Source: an uncultured Verrucomicrobiae bacterium
Lineage (GTDB): Bacteria > Verrucomicrobiota > Verrucomicrobiia > Chthoniobacterales > Chthoniobacteraceae
Length of the DNA: 64,000 nucleotides
Assembly (NCBI GenBank): GCA_963828525.1
Contig: CAWHEP010000014.1
Location: 128,001 to 192,000, forward strand
Reading direction: 5' to 3'
Both the position numbers and the translations under genes were made by a program. Below are positions 10,934 through 22,383 of this stretch, one piece after another; positions within the stretch are counted from its first letter, which is position 1; every line of letters starts with the position of its first letter. The notes beneath the pieces were generated by a model, which did not search any database, was not told the DNA's origin, and saw nothing but the letters and a program-made list of their open reading frames with translations.

Positions 10934-11706
10934 ATTCCTGCTTGTATGAATGCGCCGTGATGCACCAGCGACTCGCGCCCCGCCAACACCGCTTTGAGTA
11001 TGGCATTTTCATGTTCTACCTCGACCTGGACGAGTTGGATGAAACCAGCAGTCGCGTTTTAGGTTTCGGTCATAACCGGTGGAATGCTTATTCCTTCAAT
11101 GATAATGACCACTTCCTGGGGGGGACTGGAACGGCCAAGGAGAGGCTTGTCCGATACCTCGCGGAGAATGGCATCGCGTTCCCTGAAGGCGGAAGCGTTC
11201 GGCTGCTTACGCTCCCGCGTGTTTTCGGCTACGTGTTCAACCCTGTGTCTCTCTACTTCTGCTTTGATCCTGACGGCCGGGCATTTTGCTCCGTCGCGGA
11301 AGTGGGCAACACCTTTCGTGAGTCAAAGCCGTTTCTTCTGCGTGACGAGGTCGGGAAAGATCAATTTCGCCTGATTGTTCCGAAGAACTTCTACGTCTCG
11401 CCTTTTTCCGCTCTTGACTTGAAGTTTGACTTCAAGCTCCGCGCTCCTGCGGAGACCCTGGAGATTCATATAGATGACATGGACGGCGGCAACACTGTGC
11501 TGCTCAGCGCGCTAACGGGCAAACGAGCGCCACTCACCAGCGGGCGGCTTGCATGGTTCACCTTGAAGTATCCTTTCATCACTTTGAAGGTGATCGCGCT
11601 CATTCATTGGCAGGCGCTCCGACTATGGGCTAAGCGCATGCCGTGGCACTCCAAAGAGGCCAATCCGGAGTTGCAGCAAGGAGTTCTGAATCCGCGCTCG
11701 TCATGA
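10930..11706 (+). CDS. DUF1365 family protein (UfaO-like)
   Basis: HQRLAP..HRFEY, LTLPRVFGYVFNPVSLYF, AEVGNTF, KNFYVSPF, IHWQALRLW. Confidence 0.9.
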   Translation: MNSCLYECAVMHQRLAPRQHRFEYGIFMFYLDLDELDETSSRVLGFGHNRWNAYSFNDNDHFLGGTGTAKERLVRYLAENGIAFPEGGSVRLLTLPRVFGYVFNPVSLYFCFDPDGRAFCSVAEVGNTFRESKPFLLRDEVGKDQFRLIVPKNFYVSPFSALDLKFDFKLRAPAETLEIHIDDMDGGNTVLLSALTGKRAPLTSGRLAWFTLKYPFITLKVIALIHWQALRLWAKRMPWHSKEANPELQQGVLNPRSS

Positions 11707-12966
11707 ACCAGCAACCGGAACAAACGAAGATCGATCTGCCGGCCGCGCCTGCCGCCCGTCCGGAAATCTACCAGCGGATCATCCTGCGGGCGCTGGCCAA
11801 TATGACGCTGGGGCGTCTCCATCTCGAACTTCCCGACCGGTCGCGCCTTCACTTCGGAAGCGGTTCCGATGGGGTTGAGGCTTCTGTACGCGTCAATAAT
11901 CCTTCGTTCTTCAAGCGTTGCGTCATGTTTGGGGACATCGGTTTCGGCGAGGCCTACATCGATGGAGACTGGGATACGGACGACATCACGAGCGTTGTTT
12001 CGTGGTTTATTTTAAACACCTCGAACCTGGCGGCGCTTGCTGGAGGAAGGATGAAAACCGTCATAAACGGGCTGAATGTCATCAACCGAATAAAGCATCT
12101 GCTGCGTCCTAATAGCATCAAGACCAGCCGAAGGAATATTTCGGAGCACTACGACTTGGGAAATGATTTCTACCGGCTTTGGCTTGATGAAGGGATGACC
12201 TACTCGAGCGCCCTTTTCCAGGAAGAAGGCCAGTCGCTTGAGGATGCTCAAACCGCGAAATATGAATCGCTCTGCCGCAAGTTGAAGCTTCGGCGGGGAG
12301 ACCATGTGCTGGAGATCGGCACAGGTTGGGGCGGCTTTAGCTGTCACGCGGCTAGAAACTATGGGTGCCGCGTCACAACGATTACGATTTCCGAGAAGCA
12401 GTTTGAATTCGCGCGGGAACGGTTCCAAAGGGAAGGACTCGCCGACAGGATCGACGCGCGTCTGGAGGATTACCGGAATGTGAGCGGGAAATTCGACAAG
12501 ATTGCATCGATCGAGATGATGGAGGCACTTGGAGACAAGTACCCTTGAAACCTACTTTGCCAAGGTGCATGAGCTTTTGAAGAGCGACGGGGTAGCCGGT
12601 CTTCAATACATCACCGTTCCAGACTGCAGGCACGCTCGACTCAGACAGGGCGTGGATTTCATCCAGAAACATATCTTCCCAGGCTCTCTGTTGCTGAGTG
12701 TTGGCCGTGTGAATCGGGCAATCAACCGGACGGGTGACCTATCCCTTTACTCTCTTGAGGATATGGGAACCTCATACGCGCGCACGCTGAGCGTCTGGCG
12801 CGACCGCTTCAACGCCCGGCTCGACGAAACGCGCGCGCTTGGGTTTGGCGATGCCTTCGTCAGGAAGTGGAACTATTACCTGTCATACTGTGAAGCCGCT
12901 TTCACGATGCGTAATATAAGTGTTGTGCAAGCGATTTACACAAGGCCCGGCAATCGCGGGTTCTGA
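11703..12966 (+). CDS. Cyclopropane-fatty-acyl-phospholipid synthase family methyltransferase, frameshift at about 12543
   Basis: [58 protein letters not shown]. Confidence 0.9.
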
Positions 12967-12997
12967 TCGAGTGGATCCTTGTCGTTTGCCAGATTCA

Positions 12998-13774
12998 ATG
13001 CTGATTTCTTTTCTGGCCGGGCTTGCCATCGCCCTTACTTATTTCGCGATCACGTGGGCAATCAGCGCGAGGGTAAATAATTACGGATTCCTCGATGTGG
13101 CATGGTCCTATGGCGTCCTCATCCTCGCCCCGCTCTACGGCCTGTTTTCACATGGCTCCGCGCTATGGCCTTGGGTTTTTCGCGGCATGGGCATGATCTG
13201 GAGCTTGCGGCTGGGCTCCTATATCCTCCTTCGCGTTCTGAAGCATCATCCCCAGGAAGACGCTCGCTATGCTTCCTTGCGGAACCAGTGGAAGGGCCCG
13301 TGGATGTTCCTTCTTTTTTTCGAGCTGCAGGCAGTGGTTGTCGCGATCTTCTCCCTGCCATTCCTTTTTGTTTCATTTGATCCGCGTCAGGCATTCAGTT
13401 CCATTCAACATTTGGGGCTTTTCTTCGCCGCCTGCGCTATTTGCGGGGAGGCCCTCTCTGACCGGCAAATGCGGGCCTTCAAAGCCAGGCCTGAAAACAA
13501 GGATCGCGTGTGCCAGGCGGGGTTGTGGAAGTATTCGCGCCATCCGAATTACTTCTTCGAGTCCATGGTTTGGTGGGCATTCTTCTTCGTCGCGCTTCCC
13601 ACTCCTTATGGTTGGACCACTATAGTGTGTCCGCTGCTGATGCTATACTTTCTATGGAAGGTCACGGGCATTCCGCTCACGGAAGAGTATGCTCTCAAAA
13701 GCAAGGGAGCGGCGTATCAGGAGTATCAGAGAACCACCAGCGCCTTCATTCCCTGGTTTAAGAAACACCCATGA
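12998..13774 (+). CDS. DUF1295 / steroid 5-alpha-reductase-like membrane protein
   Basis: [44 protein letters not shown]. Confidence 0.88.
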   Translation: MLISFLAGLAIALTYFAITWAISARVNNYGFLDVAWSYGVLILAPLYGLFSHGSALWPWVFRGMGMIWSLRLGSYILLRVLKHHPQEDARYASLRNQWKGPWMFLLFFELQAVVVAIFSLPFLFVSFDPRQAFSSIQHLGLFFAACAICGEALSDRQMRAFKARPENKDRVCQAGLWKYSRHPNYFFESMVWWAFFFVALPTPYGWTTIVCPLLMLYFLWKVTGIPLTEEYALKSKGAAYQEYQRTTSAFIPWFKKHP

Positions 13775-14799
13775 TCTCGCTCGACCAGCTTCTCCAAACC
13801 AACGTTCTTCCAGACAGCCTGATCCGGATCGGCATTCGTCACATGCTTGGCGAAAAGCTGAAGGAGGAAAATGCCGGCGGGGTCGAAAAGCAGAAAGCAG
13901 CGCTTCTGGCTCACATAGCGGGGCTCAAAGCCAGCCCCATCGCCATTGATACCCGTCGCGCCAACGAGCAGCACTACGAAGTTCCAACGCGCTTTTTCCA
14001 GTTGGTGTTGGGAAAGCGGCTCAAGTATAGCTCCGGCTATTGGCCGAAGGAAGGCGGCACCCTGGACGAAGCGGAAGAAGCGATGCTTGCTCTCACCTGT
14101 GAGCGCGCGGAGATCGCCGATGGCCATCGCGTGCTGGAACTCGGCTGTGGCTGGGGCTCGCTTTCCCTGTGGCTTGCTGAGAAGTATCCCGCCGCTCGCA
14201 TCGTGGGAGTTTCAAATTCTGCGACCCAGAAGCTCCACATCGATGGTGAGGCTGCTCGACGTGGGCTGGGAAATCTCGAGATCATCACGAGTGACATGAA
14301 CGTCTTTGACACCGGGGGAAGCTTCGACCGGGTTGTCTCCGTCGAGATGTTCGAGCACATGAAAAACTATCAGATGCTGATGGGGAAGATCGCGGGGTGG
14401 CTTGCTCCGGATGGCAAACTATTCGTCCACATCTTCACCCATCGTGAATACGCCTATCATTATCTGGATGAGAGCTCCAACGACTGGATGACCCGCTATT
14501 TCTTCGCGGGTGGTCAGATGCCATCGGATGACCTGCTCTTATACTTTCAGGATGATCTCAGGATCCAGCAGCACTGGAACGTGAGCGGCCAGCATTATCA
14601 GAAAACGGCGGAAGCATGGCTCGCGAACATGGACAGGCACGGAGAGGAAATCCGCCCGCTGCTTGCCGAGACTTACGGCGCGGATCAGACAAAGCGCTGG
14701 TGGGCGTATTGGCGTGTTTTCTTTATGGCTTGCGCCGAGCTTTGGGGTTATCGCGATGGCGGCGAGTGGCTCGTCTCGCATTACCTCTTCGCCAAGTAG
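13771..14799 (+). CDS. SAM-dependent methyltransferase (Cfa / coclaurine N-methyltransferase-like)
   Basis: [47 protein letters not shown]. Confidence 0.9.
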   Translation: MISLDQLLQTNVLPDSLIRIGIRHMLGEKLKEENAGGVEKQKAALLAHIAGLKASPIAIDTRRANEQHYEVPTRFFQLVLGKRLKYSSGYWPKEGGTLDEAEEAMLALTCERAEIADGHRVLELGCGWGSLSLWLAEKYPAARIVGVSNSATQKLHIDGEAARRGLGNLEIITSDMNVFDTGGSFDRVVSVEMFEHMKNYQMLMGKIAGWLAPDGKLFVHIFTHREYAYHYLDESSNDWMTRYFFAGGQMPSDDLLLYFQDDLRIQQHWNVSGQHYQKTAEAWLANMDRHGEEIRPLLAETYGADQTKRWWAYWRVFFMACAELWGYRDGGEWLVSHYLFAK

Positions 14800-14802
14800 A
14801 GC

Positions 14803-15546
14803 TTAGTCGAAATGCGCCGGCTTCGCGATTCCCCACTTTGCCAGGCGAAACTCCACTGCCGTGGAGAGGCAGCCCAAGCCATAGCGAACGCTGCGTTGGA
14901 AATTGATGGACGAAGCCTCCGCGAAATATTTCGTCGGGCAGCTTACCTCCCCAATGGTGTAGCCGAGCCAGAGGATTTGGGCGAGCATCTGGTTGTCGAA
15001 CACGAAATCATCGGAGTTCTTGTGAAGGGGTAGTTTCTCAAGAAGGGCGCGAGAGAACGCGCGATAGCCGGTGTGGTATTCCGAAAGCTTGGCGCCGAGC
15101 ATCACATTTTCGCCGAAGGTCAGCATCCGGTTCGCTACGTATTTCCACGAGGGCATGCCACCTTGAAGCGCGTAGCCGCCGAGAATACGTGACCCAAGCA
15201 CACAATGGTACAGATCGTTGGCGATCAGCGAAGCCATCGCGGGGATCAGCTTCGGGGTGTACTGATAGTCGGGATGCACCATGATGATGATGTCCGCTTT
15301 TTCCTCCAGCGCGACGCGGTAGCAGGTCTTCTGATTCGCCCCGTAGCCCATGTTCTTGGCGTGGATATGCACCGTCGTTTGCGGCAGCGTCCGCGCGATG
15401 GAGACGGTCTCATCCCGGCTTCCGTCATCCACGAGAATGATCTGATCCACAATGCCCTGCTCCAGAACTTCGGCGTGCGTAATCTCCAACGTCTTGGCGG
15501 CGTTGTAAGCCGGCATCACGACGATCACCCTCTGGTTTTTAAACAT
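14803..15546 (-). CDS. GT2 glycosyltransferase (polyprenol-phosphate glycosyltransferase-like)
   Basis: VVMPAYN, LVDDGSRD, GYGANQKT, HPDYQY, GSR, EYHTGYRAF. Confidence 0.9.
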   Translation of the reverse strand: MFKNQRVIVVMPAYNAAKTLEITHAEVLEQGIVDQIILVDDGSRDETVSIARTLPQTTVHIHAKNMGYGANQKTCYRVALEEKADIIIMVHPDYQYTPKLIPAMASLIANDLYHCVLGSRILGGYALQGGMPSWKYVANRMLTFGENVMLGAKLSEYHTGYRAFSRALLEKLPLHKNSDDFVFDNQMLAQILWLGYTIGEVSCPTKYFAEASSINFQRSVRYGLGCLSTAVEFRLAKWGIAKPAHFD

Positions 15547-15647
15547 GAAAAAATTGAGGGAAGGTTCTCGAGGATCTAAAAGCCTTTGGAAAAGCGGATT
15601 ACACGACTACAAAATCCAGCTCCCCTCGTAAAGCTTTCACTCAAAAC

Positions 15648-16580
15648 ATGGCCAAAGCGAAATTCCTTCTGCGCTGCGTCGTCTCCCTGGCGCTCCTGGC
15701 CCTTGTAGCCCGCAAAGTGGACTGGCATGCGCTTGCCTCCGTGCTTGCCCGGGTCCAGACGGGGTGGGCTGCCGCCGGGTGGTCATTGACTCTCTTGCTA
15801 ATTGTCTGCCTTGCCCTGCGCTGGCGTATCTTTCTGAACCAGCAAAAGATTATCCTCCCGTTCGGGACGATCTTTTCGCTCACCTGGGCGGGTCAGTTCT
15901 TCAACTCCGTTCTGCCAGGCAGCACCGGAGGCGACTTTGTTAAAATCTTTCAACTCTGCCGGCTGGCGCCCGACAGGAAGGCGCCCGCCGCGGCCTCGGT
16001 GCTGGTTGACCGCTTCTCAGCTTCGGTGGCCTTGCTGGCCCTTGCTGCCATTGCAATCGTGCTCGACCCAGCTCCGCTCAAGGACATCTCTCCTCCCGGC
16101 GTGTCAGTCCGTGTTCTTTTCGCATGCGGGCTAGGCGCCGCTCTGCTCGCGGCCGCTGCCGGAGGAATCGCGTTTCGTTTCATCAGCAGGACGCGGTGGT
16201 TGGGCCGCATCCAGCGGACGCTCGCCGCGCTCAGAACCAATCTTTCACTCAACACGGGTCTTGTCGCCGCGTCCGTCCTCGCGCTTGGCACGCATCTTCT
16301 GAACTTCTTCATCATTTTCCTCTTCGCGCGTTCCTTGGGCATCGCGGTGACTTATCCGCAAATTCTCCTCATGATGCCCGTCGTCCTCCTGCTGGTTATG
16401 ATGCCAGTCACCGTCAACGGCCATGGGCTCAGGGAGGTGATCCTGATCTACTATTTTAAACACCTGCGCCTCTCGATCGCCCTTCATCAAAATGTTGGAG
16501 TCAACGAAGCCGCGATTGCGCTTTCCGTGCTGATGGTCACAAACGATCTGTTGTGGAGCTTTCCGGGCGGACTGTGGTAA
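15648..16580 (+). CDS. Flippase-like protein (UPF0104 / lysylphosphatidylglycerol synthase TM region)
   Basis: LRWRIFL, FFNSVLPGSTGGD, DR, PVTVNGHGLRE; divergent from the GT2 gene. Confidence 0.85.
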   Translation: MAKAKFLLRCVVSLALLALVARKVDWHALASVLARVQTGWAAAGWSLTLLLIVCLALRWRIFLNQQKIILPFGTIFSLTWAGQFFNSVLPGSTGGDFVKIFQLCRLAPDRKAPAAASVLVDRFSASVALLALAAIAIVLDPAPLKDISPPGVSVRVLFACGLGAALLAAAAGGIAFRFISRTRWLGRIQRTLAALRTNLSLNTGLVAASVLALGTHLLNFFIIFLFARSLGIAVTYPQILLMMPVVLLLVMMPVTVNGHGLREVILIYYFKHLRLSIALHQNVGVNEAAIALSVLMVTNDLLWSFPGGLW

Positions 16581-16616
16581 TTCTTCAGAATCAAGAAATA
16601 GCGCCAGATACCCCTC

Positions 16617-17953
16617 TTACTGCGGGGCCGCGCTGGCCTGAGCGGGCACGACCCGCATCGTTACGAATGCCGCCAAGGCGCAAATGACAGCCCCGCCCGC
16701 GATTGCCACAGGGGCGGAGCTTGCCCGGGCGGCCGCGCCCGCCATGAGGCTCCCGACCGGGCTTAGCCCGATAAATGCAAGAGCGTAGATGCCCATGATT
16801 CTCCCTCGGAGCGCGTCCGGAGAGCGGAGCTGAACAGAGGTGTTCGCGCTGGCAAAGAACACGATCATGAACCAGCCCGCGCAGGCGAGCGCGCATCCGG
16901 AGAGCCATACGCTTGTGGAAAGCGCGAAGACGAATGTCATGGCGCTGAAGCCGAAAACCCCCGTGAAGATGAGCTTTCGCCGATTTGCGCCATCTCCGAG
17001 GATTGCGAGAGAAAGCGCGCCTGCCAGCGCCCCGATGCCATTGGCAGCCATCAAGAGGCCGTAACCGGTCGCGCCCACGTGAAGAATGTCTTTCGCAAAG
17101 ACCGGCATGAGGACCGAGTAAGGCCACCCGAAAAGGCTGACGATTGCCACCAGCGCAACGACCGCTCGCAGCGAGCGGTGGCCTGCCACGAAGCGCACCG
17201 CCTCGCTCGTTGCCTCGCGGATGGTTTGGGAGGTGTCCGTCATTGGCCGCTGCGGAAGGCGCATCGCGAGGTAACCGGCTATCACAGCCATGAAGGACAG
17301 CCCATTGAGGAAGAAGCAGCCCGCGATTCCCACAAGGCTGATCAGAACCCCCGCGAGCGCTGGGCCGAAGACGCGCGCCCGTTAAACATCGAGGAATTTA
17401 ACGCGATGGCATTCATCAGGTCTTCCTTGCCCACCATTTCCACTACGAAGCTCTGCCGCGCCGGCACGTCGAACGCGTTCGAGATCCCGAGAAAGAATGC
17501 CAGCACCGCGACATGCCACACTTTTACGGAGCCGAAATGCACGAGTCCCGCCAGCGTGAACGCCAGGATCATCGCGGCGATTTGAGTCACAAGCAGGATC
17601 CGACGCTTGTCGAAGCGATCCGCCACAGCGCCTCCGATCAATGTCAGCGCAGTGAATGGCACGGTGTTCAGGAACCGGATGAAACCCAGCGTAAAACTGG
17701 AGTTGCTGAGCTCATAGACAAGCCAGCCCTCCGCCACCATTTGCATCCAGGTGCCTACGAGCGACACCAGTTGTCCCGCGAAAAAGAGGCGGTAGTTCCG
17801 ATGTCGGAATGCGAGAAAGGTATTCCGCCAGCTTATTCGACCCACCACAACCTGACGGTGTCCGCCTGCCACATCTGGCGGAACACGCGCGATCTCCGGT
17901 GGCGAAGCGCTGTTGGGCTCGCCGGTCCCTGGCGAAGGGTCAGGCGCGGCCAT
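16617..17953 (-). CDS. MFS transporter (MFS_3 type), frameshift at about 17380
   Basis: [50 protein letters not shown]. Confidence 0.88.
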
Positions 17954-19232
17954 GCACCCGGGCAGCCACCTTCAGCCGGAGCGCGTTGAGACTGATGAAG
18001 CCTGTGGCGTCCGTCTGGTTGTAAGCCTGCGTCGGATCGGCCTCCATCGTCGCGATATGCGGATTGTACAGGCTGAGCGGACTCTTTCTCCCTGCTGTAA
18101 TGATGTTGCCTTTGTACAGTTTCAGACGCGCGACGCCGCTCGCGTTCTTCTGCGTCTCGGTCACCAGCGCCTGCAAGGCCTCCCGCTCCGGGGCAAACCA
18201 AAAGCCGTTATAAACCAGGGTGGCGTACTTGGGGAGGAACGAATCTCGCAGATGCATGACTTCCCGATCCATCGTTAAGGATTCCACCTGCCGATGAGCG
18301 AAATAAAGGATGGCTCCTCCCGGAGTTTCATACACGCCACGGCTCTTCATCCCTACGAACCGGTTCTCGACAAGATCCACCCTCCCAATCCCATGACGGC
18401 CCCCAAGCTTGTTAAGCACCTTCATGATCCAAAGCGGATTCAGCAGCGCGTGTTTATCCTCTTCGTACTCTGGCTCGCCCTGGAAACCCAGCTCTCCGAG
18501 GAGGTGTTCGAGTTCACTATAGCCGATGCCTATGCAATTCCCTTTCTCGAACAGCAGCTCCACGTGCTCCGCTCTGTCAGGAGCCTCCTCCGGAGAAACG
18601 CTCAGGATGTACATTTCGCGCGTCTTCTCCGCGCTGGCGTCGAACCATGGATCTTCAAGGATGCCGCTCTCGAAGCTGATGTGCAGAAGGTTCCTGTCCA
18701 TGGAATAGGGCTTTTTTGCCGTTGCCGCGACGGGAATTCCATTCTTCTCCGCGAACGCGATCATCTCAGCGCGTCCCGGAAACGCGGCGCGAAACCGCTC
18801 TTCCCGCCATGGGGCGATTACTTGTAAATCAGGCGCCAAAGCCGCGGCAGTCAGCTCAAAACGAACCTGGTCGTTTCCCTTCCCGGTGGCTCCGTGCGCG
18901 ACGGCGTCCGCGCCCTCCAGTCGCGCGATCTCGACCATCCGCTTCGCAATCAGGGGGCGGGCTATGCTGGTGCCGAGGTAATATTGATTTTCATATAGCG
19001 CCCCGGCTTGAACCATGGGGAAGATGAAATCACGGGCAAATTCCTCGCGCAGGTCGTCAATATGGCATTTTGAAGCGCCGGTGCTCAGCGCCTTCGCTTC
19101 GAGACCATCCAGCTCCTCCTCCTGACCCACATCCGCGCAAAACGCGATCACTTCAGCGCTATAGGTTTCCTTGATCCAGCTAAGGATTACGGATGTGTCC
19201 AGTCCGCCTGAATAAGCGACGATGATTTTCAT
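17940..19232 (-). CDS. argG: Argininosuccinate synthase
   Basis: [44 protein letters not shown]. Confidence 0.97.
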   Translation of the reverse strand: MKIIVAYSGGLDTSVILSWIKETYSAEVIAFCADVGQEEELDGLEAKALSTGASKCHIDDLREEFARDFIFPMVQAGALYENQYYLGTSIARPLIAKRMVEIARLEGADAVAHGATGKGNDQVRFELTAAALAPDLQVIAPWREERFRAAFPGRAEMIAFAEKNGIPVAATAKKPYSMDRNLLHISFESGILEDPWFDASAEKTREMYILSVSPEEAPDRAEHVELLFEKGNCIGIGYSELEHLLGELGFQGEPEYEEDKHALLNPLWIMKVLNKLGGRHGIGRVDLVENRFVGMKSRGVYETPGGAILYFAHRQVESLTMDREVMHLRDSFLPKYATLVYNGFWFAPEREALQALVTETQKNASGVARLKLYKGNIITAGRKSPLSLYNPHIATMEADPTQAYNQTDATGFISLNALRLKVAARVHGRA

Positions 19233-19409
19233 AGAGCCTCACCTCATACAATGGGAGGGAGGATGTTTCCACCATTAACGAAATCGGTCGCGCGCTGGAG
19301 CTGCGTCATTCCCCGAAAAGAGTTGCGCGCATTGCTGGGCCGCGACTTAATTGCGCGAAAGAACCTTCGCGGAACTCTGCTCTTCGTTTGTTCCTCGCGC
19401 GTTCCGCAT

Positions 19410-20765
19410 ATGCCAAAAACAAAGAAAAAGGCGCTCGCTTCGGATGCCTCCTTTGCTGAAAGGGCGGCTCGCGGTCGCGCTTGCCGGGATAGCGTATCCC
19501 GGGCAACCCAAGGCGCGTGGAAAGCTCCGCCAAACAGGATCGATCCCGCCCGCGCGGTGGCGGCCGCGGACCGCGGCCGCTTGCCTGACCTGATACCGCT
19601 CAAGATGGGACGGATGGCCGAGTCGCCTTTTTCGTTCTTCCGGGGCTCGGCGACACTCATGGCGGCGGACCTCGCTTCTCTCCCGTACACGGATCTGCCA
19701 GTGCAACTGTGCGGGGATGCCCACGTGCGTAATCTCGGCGCGTTTGCAGCTCCGGATGGCAGGCTCGTCTTCGATATCAACGATTTCGACGAAACCATCC
19801 CCGGCCCGTGGGAGTGGGATGTAAAGCGTCTTGCCACGAGCATCGTGCTCGCTGGCCTTGAGGCGGGGGATCGCCGGAAGGAAGCCACCGAGGCCGTCAA
19901 AGTATTCTCCGCTTCCTACCGCGAGTCGCTGCAGGTCTTTTCACGAATGCGTGTGACTGAACTCGCCAGGTATGAAATCCGCCGCTCTCCGCGCTACTCG
20001 GCGGTGCGCTCCGTGCTGGTGAAAGCGGAACGCGCGACTCCTTTGCGCGCCTTGGGCAAGCTTACAGAGGCCACGCCCGACAAGACTCCGCGTTTCCACG
20101 ACAATATGCCCCTCCTGCGGCATGTCCCCGACGAGACCGCTGAAAAGGTGATCGCTTCCATAAAGGAATACCGGGAGACTTTGAACGCGGGCAGGCGTCT
20201 CGTTCTGGATGGCTATCGCCCCGTTGACGTCGCGTTCAAAGTCGTCGGCACAGGCAGCATCGGCACCCGGGACTATGTTGTGCTCCTGTTTGGCAACAGC
20301 GTAAGAGATCCCTTGTTTTTGCAATTCAAGGAGGAACTTTTCTCCTGCTACGTTCCGTACCTGCCTGGCGCTTCCGCGTTCGCCCATCAAGGGCGCCGTG
20401 TCGCGGAGGGCCAGCAATGCATGCAAACTGCCGCTACAGACCCGTTTCTTGGATGGACGACCATCGAGGGGAGAGACTTCCTCGTTCGCCAGCTCTCCGA
20501 CCATAAGGCGGCTCTCGATCCGGCAGAACTGCGCGGTTCCACGCTCACCGAATACGCTCTTGTCTGCGGCGAAGCGCTCGCGAAAGCCCACGCCCGCACT
20601 GGAGATGCCGTCGCTCTCGCCGCGTATTGCGGGATATCCGACAAGCTGGACTCGGCAATCGCGACATTCGGCGCCGCGTACGCGGAGCAAGTCGCGCGCG
20701 ATTTCGACGTGTTCATCAAGGCCATCAAGGACGGCAGGATTGAGACCGCTCCAATCGTTGCGTAG
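19410..20765 (+). CDS. DUF2252 family protein (kinase-like fold)
   Basis: GRMAESPFSFFRGS, CGDAHVRN, FDINDFDE, GPWEWDVKRL, KVVGTGSIG, LAKAHARTGD. Confidence 0.9.
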   Translation: MPKTKKKALASDASFAERAARGRACRDSVSRATQGAWKAPPNRIDPARAVAAADRGRLPDLIPLKMGRMAESPFSFFRGSATLMAADLASLPYTDLPVQLCGDAHVRNLGAFAAPDGRLVFDINDFDETIPGPWEWDVKRLATSIVLAGLEAGDRRKEATEAVKVFSASYRESLQVFSRMRVTELARYEIRRSPRYSAVRSVLVKAERATPLRALGKLTEATPDKTPRFHDNMPLLRHVPDETAEKVIASIKEYRETLNAGRRLVLDGYRPVDVAFKVVGTGSIGTRDYVVLLFGNSVRDPLFLQFKEELFSCYVPYLPGASAFAHQGRRVAEGQQCMQTAATDPFLGWTTIEGRDFLVRQLSDHKAALDPAELRGSTLTEYALVCGEALAKAHARTGDAVALAAYCGISDKLDSAIATFGAAYAEQVARDFDVFIKAIKDGRIETAPIVA

Positions 20766-20828
20766 GAAGATGGCTTATTCGCCTTTGGTGACTCCGGGAT
20801 GGATGCGCTGTAAAGCCGCATAAAGTGT

Positions 20829-20857
20829 TTGATGCGCTCCCGGCTTTATACTACCTT
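20829..20857 (+). promoter_or_regulatory. Candidate sigma70 promoter of tRNA-Asp
   Basis: TTGATG-N17-TACCTT ending 14 nt before the tRNA. Confidence 0.45.
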
Positions 20858-20871
20858 CCCCCTCCTCTCAA

Positions 20872-20945
20872 GGAGTCTTAGCTCAACTGGTTAGAGCGCC
20901 GCCCTGTCACGGCGGAGGTTGCGGGTTCGAGCCCCGTAGACTCCG
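20872..20945 (+). tRNA. tRNA-Asp(GTC), CCA not encoded
   Basis: GGAGTCT/AGACTCC acceptor stem, D-arm TAGCTCAACTGGTTAGAGC, anticodon arm CCGCC-CTGTCAC-GGCGG, T-arm GCGGGTTCGAGCCCCG. Confidence 0.97.
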
Positions 20946-21132
20946 GTTTCCTAGTCCGCCGCAAGCATCGTTGATTATGGTGTGGGTGGCTGACTCTCCT
21001 AAGGATTAAGGATCGTCACACCGTTCCTACGATCTCTCTTACAGCGTGTCACTCCGCCCGATGGAGCACTACGACCCGTGAACCAGAAGGGCAGCGGGAT
21101 CTACCGTCTCGAGGCGAAGGGTCGTTCACCCG

Positions 21133-21235
21133 GCCTAACCGCGCGTTCCAGCGAACAGAGGCTGGCGGTCCGGCTCTCTTCCGTGTTTACTTCCTTCGTC
21201 GGCAGCCCCTGTCACTGAGTTTGAGTTCGTGAGGC
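21133..21235 (+). repeat. attC 1
   Basis: GCCTAAC-cgcgcgt-TCCAGC-gaacagaggctggc...gcagcccctgtc-ACTGAG...GTGAGGC. Confidence 0.85.
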
Positions 21236-21251
21236 GGCCAGACGCTTTCTG

Positions 21252-21773
21252 ATGAAAATCACGGTTACTTGTCTTCTGCTCGTCGGCTTGGTGTCATCTT
21301 GCCTGGCGGACGATGCGTTGAAGCAAGTCACGAAAATCTCTAAAGGGCCGCTGAATGTCGAAGCCGAGATCAAGGCATATTATCTCCAGCTCACTACCGG
21401 CGACACAGACGTGCAGAAACAAGTTCAGACTCTTACCGCAAAATCACAAGACCAGAATGGCGGAATCTATCACGCCTATGAGCCACACGTCGTAGAATGG
21501 TTTCCCACCGAGTCAAACTGGGACGTAGGCAAGGGCGCCTCTGACATGACGGGACGCTTTCTCGTCATCCAGAACGTTGGTTATGGTCGTGGCAAGCGCG
21601 CGGGGTACGACACAGCCTTGATGGCAGAGTTCGAGGCGGTCGAGGAAAGCACCTCGACCAAGCTTGATCCCAGGCACGAAAGCCGTACTCCAAAGGTTTT
21701 ATCCGCGAAGCTGACCCTTCGGTTTCTCGGTTTCCGCAACGCCAGTCTGTCACCAGCATCGAATCTACCGTGA
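21252..21773 (+). CDS. Cassette: secreted hypothetical protein
   Basis: Signal peptide MKITVTCLLLVGLVSSCLA; lies between attC1 and attC2. Confidence 0.75.
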   Translation: MKITVTCLLLVGLVSSCLADDALKQVTKISKGPLNVEAEIKAYYLQLTTGDTDVQKQVQTLTAKSQDQNGGIYHAYEPHVVEWFPTESNWDVGKGASDMTGRFLVIQNVGYGRGKRAGYDTALMAEFEAVEESTSTKLDPRHESRTPKVLSAKLTLRFLGFRNASLSPASNLP

Positions 21774-21777
21774 GATC

Positions 21778-21878
21778 CCCTAACCACGCGCTCCAGCGAA
21801 CCGAGGCTGGCGTTGGCTTGTCCTTGCATCCACATCCTTCCTCGCCATCCTTTGGCATTGAGCCTGGGTTCGTCAGTA
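21778..21878 (+). repeat. attC 2 (degenerate right arm)
   Basis: CCCTAAC-cacgcgc-TCCAGC-gaaccgaggctggcg...ctcgccatcc...ATTGAG...GTCAGTA. Confidence 0.75.
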
Positions 21879-21902
21879 ACGCGACACTCTGCACACCTTC
21901 CT

Positions 21903-22272
21903 ATGAAGCATTTCATCTGCGTATCGCTCGTTGCGGTTTGCTCCATTCTGCTTGGTGGATGTGGAGCGCAACGCCATTCCAGAACGCTTTTGGAGGTTTC
22001 AGAGCAGTTGACCGATCAGTTTCGCAGCCAGTACCGACTCCGTGCCGCGAGTGTCGCCAGCACGCAAGCTGAAGAGTGTCCAGATCACCGGTTTTTCCAC
22101 CCCTTCTGGCAACCCGCGCTCCTACCTCGGCATCCGCGTACTTTGGGAGGGGCCAGACAAAAGGACCGAGACCGACATCCCGATGATTCAACTCGGCGAT
22201 GGTCTCTTCGGGGTCACCTATACCGATCCTGACACCAAGGAAGGATTCTCAGCTGTGCTTTCCTTCCGGTAG
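21903..22272 (+). CDS. Cassette: putative lipoprotein, frameshifted at about 22050
   Basis: MKHFICVSLVAVCSILLGGC lipobox; continues in a second frame ...KSVQITGF...AVLSFR stop just before attC3. Confidence 0.6.
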
Positions 22273-22279
22273 CCGTAGG

Positions 22280-22383
22280 GCCTAACCACGCGCTCCGGCG
22301 AACAGGGGCTGGCGGTCGGCTCTTTCCTTGCGTTCCACGCCTATTTTCGCCAGCCTCTGTCGCTGAGCTTGGAGGTGTTCTCC
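22280..22383 (+). repeat. attC 3 (R' reduced to GTT)
   Basis: GCCTAAC...gaacaggggctggcg...cgccagcctctgtc-GCTGAG-N9-GTTctcc. Confidence 0.82.
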
